A stretch of 21,070 nt of DNA from Chthoniobacteraceae bacterium (GTDB lineage: Bacteria; Verrucomicrobiota; Verrucomicrobiia; Chthoniobacterales; Chthoniobacteraceae): the NCBI GenBank assembly GCA_031409655.1, contig JANNXQ010000017.1, positions 1-21,070 on the forward strand, in the 5' to 3' direction. The translations under genes were made by a program, and so were the position numbers. Positions 7,483 through 16,400 of the stretch are shown piece after piece (the first letter of the stretch is position 1; each line of letters starts with the position of its first letter). The notes beneath the pieces are model-generated. The model did not search any database. It saw only the letters and a program-made list of their open reading frames with translations, and was not told where the DNA came from.

Positions 7483-10400
7483 ATGCGTAGAAACCCTGAC
7501 AACCGCCATCGGCGTCGTCCCCTCCTCCTCGAAACCATCGAGGACCGCACCCTGTGCAGCGCGGTGCCGGCCGTGGCGATCAGCGCACCGCCGCAGCCGC
7601 TGGTCGGCGAGCAGATCCAGCTCAGCGTTGCCTTCGATAATGCGCATCCGACGGACTCCGGCTTCGGGCCGTATGTGGATGTGGTGCTGCCGGCGACGGG
7701 CGCGGATGGCGACGGGGCGCAGACGGATGATGGCATCTCCTTCGTCAATGGGAGCGCGACCTACCTCGGGGCGGCGGTCACGACGACGGTGCTGACTTTC
7801 GATGGGGCAGGAAATGCCGCGCATCCGTACGCCAGGGACGCGAGCGGGGCGGCGGTCGTGGTCACGGGGACGCCGGGGAATCAACTGGTGGTCTTCCAGC
7901 TTCCGTTTGGGAGTTTCGCGCCGACCCAGCCGGCGGCGACGATCAACTTCTCCGCGAACGTCAGCAATCTCGCGGATGTCGGAACCGGGCTGAACCTCCA
8001 GGCGCGCGGCGGATTCCAGTATGGCGATGACGCGCTGGATAACCCGGCGAGCGATCCGTCGCTCGTCGGCGCGTATGCCAGCAGCACGGTCACGCCGCAG
8101 CTCTTCACGCTCACCAAGACTTTCCTCGGGCTGGAGGATGAAACGGCGACCGGGCCGAATTTCCTCCGGCAGTATCGCATCACCGTCGATGTCGCCGCCG
8201 GGCAGACCCTCACGAATCTCGACCTGACCGACGCGCTGCCGGGCACGCTGCAATATGTGAGCACCGACGCGACGACGATCCGCGGCACGCCCACGGGGAC
8301 CACGGCGGTGAGCACGCCGGGGACGAGCACGCCGGGCGGCACGCTCACGCGGCGCTTTGCCAGCGTCACCGGCACCACGGCGACCAATGACGCGGAGTTA
8401 CTCTTCACTTACTTCGTCCCGCGCATCGACAGCGGCAGCGGGGTGATCGTGAACGCGACCAGCGGCAACGCTGTGACCATCGGCAATAACGCGCGCACTT
8501 CCGGAACGTGGGTGCCGCTCGATGGGCGCGACACCGGTGGCGTCGTCTCGATCGACCCCGCGGGTCCCGAGCACACGCTCACCGCGAAATCCATCGCGAC
8601 GCAGAAGTCCGTGGCGATCGTCACCGACACCGGCGCGGTCGGCGCGACGCCCGGCGACACGCTGGAGTACACCGTGCAGGTCCAAGTCTCGGATTACTTC
8701 GCTTTCCAAAATCTCGTCCTCACCGATCTCATCTCCGACGGCCAGCACTGGGACAGTACCTTCACGCCGACGATGTCGTGGAATGAGCACGGCACCTTTG
8801 CTGCCGTGGGCTTGAATGCGACGAACTACACCGTCGCGCAGAACTTCACCGGCGCCGTCGCGAGCGGAAACCTCACAATCGACCCCGCGGCCAATGACGG
8901 CACCACCACCGTGAGTTTCCGCGTCTCGGATGAAATGGTGACGCGCGGTCAGGATGGCAAACTCCTCGGCGGCGGCATCCCGAATGGCGGCACCGGCGTC
9001 GGCGCGCTGCCCAACAATCCGCCGCTGCCCTTCGGCCCGACGACGATGACGGTGCGCTTCCGCACGGTCATTCAGGATTCCTTCAACGACACCTTTGCGA
9101 GCGGCGAGGCGCCACTGAATCCGCGCGACGTGCTCGCCGACGCGGTGACGATCAATGGCGATCTGCTCCAGGTGAACAACGTCACCACGACGACCGGCCA
9201 GAGCGAAGCGGACACCTCCGCGGCGAGCATCGCCATCGTCAATACCGCGGTGAGCAAGAGCATCTACGCGATCAACGGCAGCACCAATCTCGCGCCCTTC
9301 ACCGGCCCCGCCGGACAGCTTCTCGTGAGCCCCGCGGACACCGTCACCTATCGCCTGCAATTCGCCGTGCCCACGGGCGACGTCGAGAATCTCACGCTCA
9401 ACGACTATCTCCCGCTGCCCGTCTTTGACGCCACCCAGGTCACCGCATTTCAGGATACAATCAGCGCCGCCCCACCCGCCGCGGGCTTCGGAAAATTCGG
9501 GCCGAATGAAACGCTGCGCGCGCTCACCGGCGTGCCACCGACGATCACGACGAACGCGACGAACAATCTCGTTACCTTCAACCACGGCACTGCCGACGAT
9601 CCCGCGAACACCCCGCGCATCATCGATCTGCTCTTCACCGTGACGGTGAGTAATCAGCCTTTCACCGACGGCCTCTTCCTCACCAACCAGGTGCAGGTGA
9701 GCGAAAACAACACCCAGCAGCCCGCCGTCGCGGCGGTCTCCGATGCCATCGTGCAGATTCAACTTCAGGAGCCCGCGGTGTTCATCGCGAAAGGCGTGGT
9801 CGGCTATAACACCACGGGGCTGACGCTCGGCGGCATTGCCTTTTCCGCGGCGAGCGCGGCCTCGAGCTTCACCGGCACGGTAAGCAACGCGACCCAGGCC
9901 GCGGCGATCGGCGCGAGCAATCTCGCCGGCAATCTCGTCGATGCCGGTGATGAAGTGCGCTACGCGATCGTCGTCCAGAACACCGGCCGCAACGACGCCT
10001 TCGACGTGAACCTCACCGACGGCGTGGTCGCGGGCTACACCATCCCCGGCAGCCTCGCCGCCGCGAATCTGGTGGTGCGCCGCGGCGACGGCACGCTGCT
10101 CACGAGCGGCACCGATTACACCGCCTCCATCAACGGCGGTGGCGTCCTCAGCCTCACGCTCACGGATAACTACACGAGCGGGAACACCAGCGGCGACACC
10201 GACTCCGGCGCACTTAGCCGCGGGCAGAATGCGAACACCGGCCTCGCGATCACGAACGGCTCGAACACCGTCGTCATCACCTACGATCTCACCCTGGCCG
10301 CGAGCACGACGCAGACGCGCTCCACGCTGACCAATACCGCGACGCTCACCAACTACGCGGGCGCCGAGGGCGGCGTGGACTTTACCACCACGGACCTGAC

Positions 10401-13400
10401 TGACACCGCGACCGTGCAGCTTGCCAGCCCGACCGTGGCCAAGGCGCTCACCGCCACGGAAGTCACCACCGGTAACAACAGCAACACCCAGGCGACGATC
10501 GGCGAACTCGTGACCTACACGCTCACCATCACCGCGCCCGAAGGCACCACGCCTTCTGCGACACTCGTCGATACCATGGCCGCGGGGCTCGCGTTTGTGG
10601 ACGTGGTGAGCGTCACGAATTCCGCGGGCCTCACGACCGCGAACACGATCGGCACCGGCACCGCGCCGACAAATGTCACCATCGCCGGCAGCGGCCGCAC
10701 GCTCACTTTCAACTTTGGCAACATCACGAATGCGGACAGCAGCAACGGCGCGGCCGAGACAATCACCATCGTCTATCGCACCGTCGTTCTCGACGCCCTC
10801 GCCAATCAAGCCGCCGTCACGCTCACGAATTCCGCGGTCTTCTCCGCTCAGTTCACGAATCAGCCCGGCGGCTCCCCGCAGAGCTACAGCCTGGCCGCGG
10901 TCGCGGCGGCGAATGTCACGATCATCGAGCCGGCGCTCGCGGTGGCGAAGACGGTCTCCTCGACGCTCGGCGGCGCCTACGCCGCGACGCTCACCAATCG
11001 CGACGCGGGGGACTCCGTCTTCTACCGCATCCGGATCACCAATGCCGCGGCCCAGCCCACGGCCTTCGATATCTTCCTCACCGACACGCTGCCCGCGACG
11101 CTCTCGGGCGCAACCATCGCGAGCGTGACCACGAGCGGTTTCGGCGCGACGCCGGTGCCAGTCGCCGGTGACTTCCAAATCTCGGGCGGCATCGTGGGCA
11201 TCAATCCCGCCGGACCGCGCGCAGGCGACATCGACATCCCGGCCGGCGCGACGCTCGATGTCTTCGTCGGCGGCACGCTCTCCTCCACGGCGCAGCCCGC
11301 GCAGAGCATCGCCAACACCGCCACGATTCGCTGGACGAGCATGGATGGCAGCGTCGGCACCCGCTCGACTTTCAACGCGGCCGCCACCGAGCGCAGCGGC
11401 GGCTCGCTCACGCCGGCGACGAACACGAACGCGAGCACGAACAACGCGATCCTCGACAACTACGCGGCCACCAGCGCGAGCGGCGCCGTGACGATCGTGA
11501 GTCCGACGCCGACCAAGACGATCGACGCCACTTCCGAATCCGGCACCGGCAACGTCGCCGGAGTCGAGCGCGTCGCCATTGGCGAAATCGTCCGCTACCG
11601 GCTCTCGTGGCGGATTCCCGAAGGCACGTCGAACAACCTGCGCTTCACCGACGCGCTGCCCACCGGCATGACCTTCCTGAACGACGGGACCGCCACACTC
11701 GCCTTCGTCTCGACGGGCGGCACGATCAGTTCTTCGATCGCGGCCATCGGCACCGGCGGGAGCGTCATCGGCGATGAAACCACCGTCGCCGGGATCAATC
11801 CGCAATTCGTCATCCCCGGTGCGCAGATCACCGGCGGCCCTTTCGTCAGCGGCACCGATCCCGTCTTCAATCTCGGCAACGTCGTGAACAACGACAACGA
11901 CGCGAACCAGGAATTCGCCGTGATCGAATTCAACGCCAACGTGCGCAATCAGACTTCGGCCCAGCGCTTCGACAACGTGAGCGGCGCGGACACCGGCGCG
12001 GTGAATCTCAGCAACACCGTGACCGTGGCGACGACGACCAGTTCCGTAGCTTCCGCCGCCGTCGTCGCGCGCATCACCGAGCCCGCGATCACCAATGTAA
12101 CCAAGACGATCTCGCCCGGTCCCTACGATGCCGGCGACTTCGTCACCTACACCGTCACCTTCTCGAATGTGAACTCGGTCGATGCCGCGCCCGCCTACGA
12201 CGTCGCGCTCACCGATCTGGTGCCCGCCTACTTCGACACCGTGACCTTTGGCAGCATCACCGCCACCGGCACGGCTTCCGGCCTGAGTGGGAGTGCGGTG
12301 GGGAATACGATCACCGCGAGTGTCGCGTCGCTGAATCCCGGCGCGACGATCACCGTCACCTTCACCGCGCGCTTCATCGGCAATGCGCCCGCGGGCCAGC
12401 AAGTCACGAACACCGCGAGCCTCACCTACAGCAGCCTGCCCGGCTCCGGCGCTGCGCTCAATGACGGGGTGGCCGCGACCACCGATAGCACGCCCGCGGC
12501 CGCGGGCACGGCGACCGGCGAACGCAATGGCTCCAGCGGCACGGGCGCCGACGCCGGCTTCCTGAATAACTACGCGGACATCGGCAGCGTGACGATCACG
12601 GCGGCGAATCCGACCTTCGACAAGACCTTCCAAGGCGGATCGCTCACCGCGGACGATACCAGCGTCGCGGGCAGCAGCGGCGCGACGGTCGTCCCCGGCG
12701 AGCAGGTCACCTACGACATTCTCATCGCTCTGCCGGAAGGTCTCACCCAGGCGCTCAGCGTGATCGACGCCGTGCCTGCGGGGCTGCGCATCGACGGCCT
12801 GCAAATCCTGACCACCACAGCATCCGCCCCGCAGCTCACCGCGGATTTCAATGGCAGCTTTGCGACGACGCCCACGCTCGGTGCGGCCTTCACCGGACCC
12901 GGAAATCTCACGCTGAACTTTGGCGATACCACCGTGGCCTCGGATAACGATGGGACGAATAACAGCTTCGTCATCCGCCTCACCGGCACGGTTCAGAACA
13001 TCGCCGGCAACACCGTCGGCGTGTCGCGCACCAATACCGCGACGGTGCGCTTCACCGATCCGAATACGGGATTGCCGGCCATCTTCGCCGACACGAATCC
13101 GGCCAATGATCCGGTCGTCACGGTCGCCGAGCCTGCGCTCACGATCGGCAAGTCGGTGAACTCCGTGACTGTCGATGCGGGCGATCCGCTCAGCTATACG
13201 ATCACGCTCGGCAATGCCTCGGGGCAGATCGCCTACGATGCGACGCTGAACGATCTGCTGCCCGCCTTCCTCAGCGGAGCGACGATCACTTCCGTCACCA
13301 AGTCCGGTGCGGGGACCATCTTCGTGAATGGGGTGGCGACCGATCCGGTCGCGAACACCGATGTCGTGATCTCGAGCGGCACGCTGCAATTTGCGGGCGG

Positions 13401-16400
13401 CTCGAATATCGACCTGGGCGCGGGGACGACTTTGCAGATCGTCGTGAGCGGCACCGTCGCGAGCACGGTCACGCCCAATCTGACGGTCAACAACACTGCG
13501 GCGACCACCTGGACGAGCACCGACGGGGCGAACGCCGACGAACGCGACGGCTCGGGAGGTGCGATCAACACTTACTCCGCGAGCAGCTCGATCCCCTTCA
13601 CGGTGCCCGTCGCGAGCATCACCAAGGCGCTCTTTTCCACCAGCGACGTGGTCACGACCGGGACGGATATCGCCATCGGCGAGACCGCGACTTACGTCCT
13701 CACCGTCACGCTGCCGGAAGGCACGGCGCCCAATCTTATCGTCACCGACGCCCTCCCCGCCGGGCTGCAATACGTCTCTGCGAGCATCGACCCGTCGGGC
13801 TTCGCCGGCACCGTGCCCGCGCCGACGATCAGCGGCGGCGCGGGCAATGGCGATGACGTGACCTTCACCTTCGGCAGCATTGCGACCACCGGAGACAACA
13901 ACGCGTCGAATAACAGCTTCGTCATCTTCGTCACCGCGCGCGCGCTCGACGGGCTGGGAAATATCGGCACGACACCGGGCCAGACCTCCCTCGCGAACAG
14001 TGCGTCGCTCGACATCACCGGCGACGGCGTAAGTCCCGCGACCACCCCGAATGTCACCGCAACCGTCGTGGAGCCGCGCCTGCAAATCACCAAGGCCGTG
14101 AGCGACAACACGCCCGACATTGGCCAGACGCTCAACTACACGCTGACCGTCGCGCACACCGCGTCGAGCACCGCGACCGCGAATGACGTGCTCGTGCGCG
14201 ACCTGCTCCCCGCCGGGCTCGCACTCGACACCGCGAGCATCCGCATCAATGGCGTGCTCATCGGGGCGTCACCGCTCGTCGCCGCGAATGCCTCCACGAG
14301 CAGCGCGCTGGATTTCCGCCTTACCTCGGTCGCCCTCGCGAGCACCGTCACCATTACTTACGATGCCGCGGTCACCAACAGCGTCGCGACCAGCGGCAGC
14401 GTGCTCGACAATCGCGCGAAGATTTACTGGGACAGTCTCGCCGGTTACGACGGCAACAACAGCACCCTCACCGGCACGCCCGATGGCAGCGAAGAGCGCG
14501 ACTTCGGCGCCACCCCCGGCTACGACGAAGCACCCACCCCCGGCGTCAATGACCCCGCGCAAGACAGCGAACGCGTGACGGTGAATACGAACACGATCTC
14601 CGGCTTCGTCTATCGCGATGACGACAGCAGCGGCACGCGCTCCGGGGGAGACACGGCCATCTCCGGAGTCACCCTCACGCTCACTGGCACGAGCACGCTC
14701 GGCCTCCCGATCAATACTTCGGTGATGAGCGCGGTGGATGGCAGTTACTCTTTCACCGGTCTGCCGCCCGGCACCTATCTCATCACCGAGACGCAGCCCG
14801 CGGGCTATGTGGACGGACTGGAGACGGCGGGAAATGTTGCGGGCACCTTTGGTGGCACCGTGTCCCCCGCGCCCGGCACCGAGACGATCAGCGCGATCAC
14901 CATCCCCGCGCAGTCGAATACCACCGAGCCGAACTACAACTTCGGCGAGACCCTGATCTCCAGCCTCGCCGGCTCGGTCTTCGTGGATGGAGACAATGAC
15001 GGCGTGCGCGACTTCGGCGAAGCGGCCCTCGCCGGCATCCCCGTCGTTCTCACCGGCACCGACATCTACGGTCAGGCCGTGACCTTGAATGCGACGACCG
15101 CTGCGGACGGTCGGTACAGTTTCGCCGGCCTGCGCCCCGGCAACTACACGCTCACCGAAGACGACAGCAGCGTGGTGCCCGGCACTTATCTCGATGGACG
15201 CGACCTGCCGGGCAGCGCCGGCGGCGCCCTCGGAGGAGGATCGCCCAAGCACGACGTGCTCACGGTCTCGCTCCCGCAGGGCACTGCGGGCGTGGACTAC
15301 AATTTCGGCGAAGTGCTTCCGTCATCGCTCGCGGGCTCCGTCTTCCTCGACGCGGATGGTAATGGCGTGCGCGGCGGCGCCGAGACGGGCCTTCCGAATG
15401 TGACCGTCGCCCTCACCGGCACGGACGATCGCGGCAATGCCGTCTCGCTCTCGACGCTCACGAATGCCACTGGCGCGTTCAACTTCACGGACCTGCGGCC
15501 CGGCAGCTACACCCTCACCGAGACGCAGCCCGCGGCCTATGCCGACGGCACCGACGCGCCCGGCACCCTCAGCGGTGCGCTGGCAGATGATGTCATCTCT
15601 GCCATCCCCGTGACGCCTGGTGTCGCGGGCACCGGCTACACCTTCGGCGAGCTCCCCGCCGGCATCTTCGGCACGGTCTTCATCGACCGCGATGCGGATG
15701 GCGTGATCGACACCGCGGACACAGCACGGCTCGGCGGCGTGGCGATTACCTTGCTCGACAGCGGCGGTGGCATCGTCGGCTCCACGCTCACCGCCGCGGA
15801 TGGCACTTACTTTTTCGACGGACTCGCCGCAGATACTTACACCGTCGTGCAGAGCCAGCCGACGGGTTACGGATCGAGCACCGCGAACAGCGTGAGCATC
15901 GTCCTGCCCGGCGGCGGCACCGCGTCCGCGGATTTCGGCGAGACCACCGGGTCGCTTGCGGGTGTAGTGTATCTCGATCGGAGTAACGACGGCGTGATCG
16001 ATGGTGGCGAAACTCCGACCTCCGGAACGACCGTCACGCTCACTGGCACCGACGCGACCGGCGCGACCATCACCCGCAGCACGCTCACGCTGGCCGACGG
16101 CAGCTACGCGTTTGGCGATTTGCTCGCCGGCACTTATCAAATCGTCGAGACGCAGCCCAGTGGCTACAGCGACGGGCGCGAGACGGTCGGCACTGGGGGC
16201 GGCGACGCCACGGTGAACGACCGCTTCACTGCCATCGCCCTCGCCGCCGGCGCAAGGGAGAGCGGTTATTTGTTTGGCGAGCGCCTGCCCACAGACCTCG
16301 TCACCACCAAGACCGACGGGCTGAATGCCGCGCGCCCCGGCCAGGTCATCACCTACACGATCACCGTGAGCAACGTTTCGCTGCAAGAGGTCGAGGGACT

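Noticed and set aside
7546..7563. Lipobox at TLC-SA (apparently the only Cys of the giant protein)
   Set aside because: No hydrophobic h-region precedes the Cys, which occupies a normally aliphatic position of the leader motif.
8398..14157. 1919-aa antisense ORF (also 14269-15252 and 15322-17943)
   Set aside because: These are shadow frames of the giant gene caused by high GC and codon bias. They are Arg/Gly/Asp-rich with no recognisable motifs.
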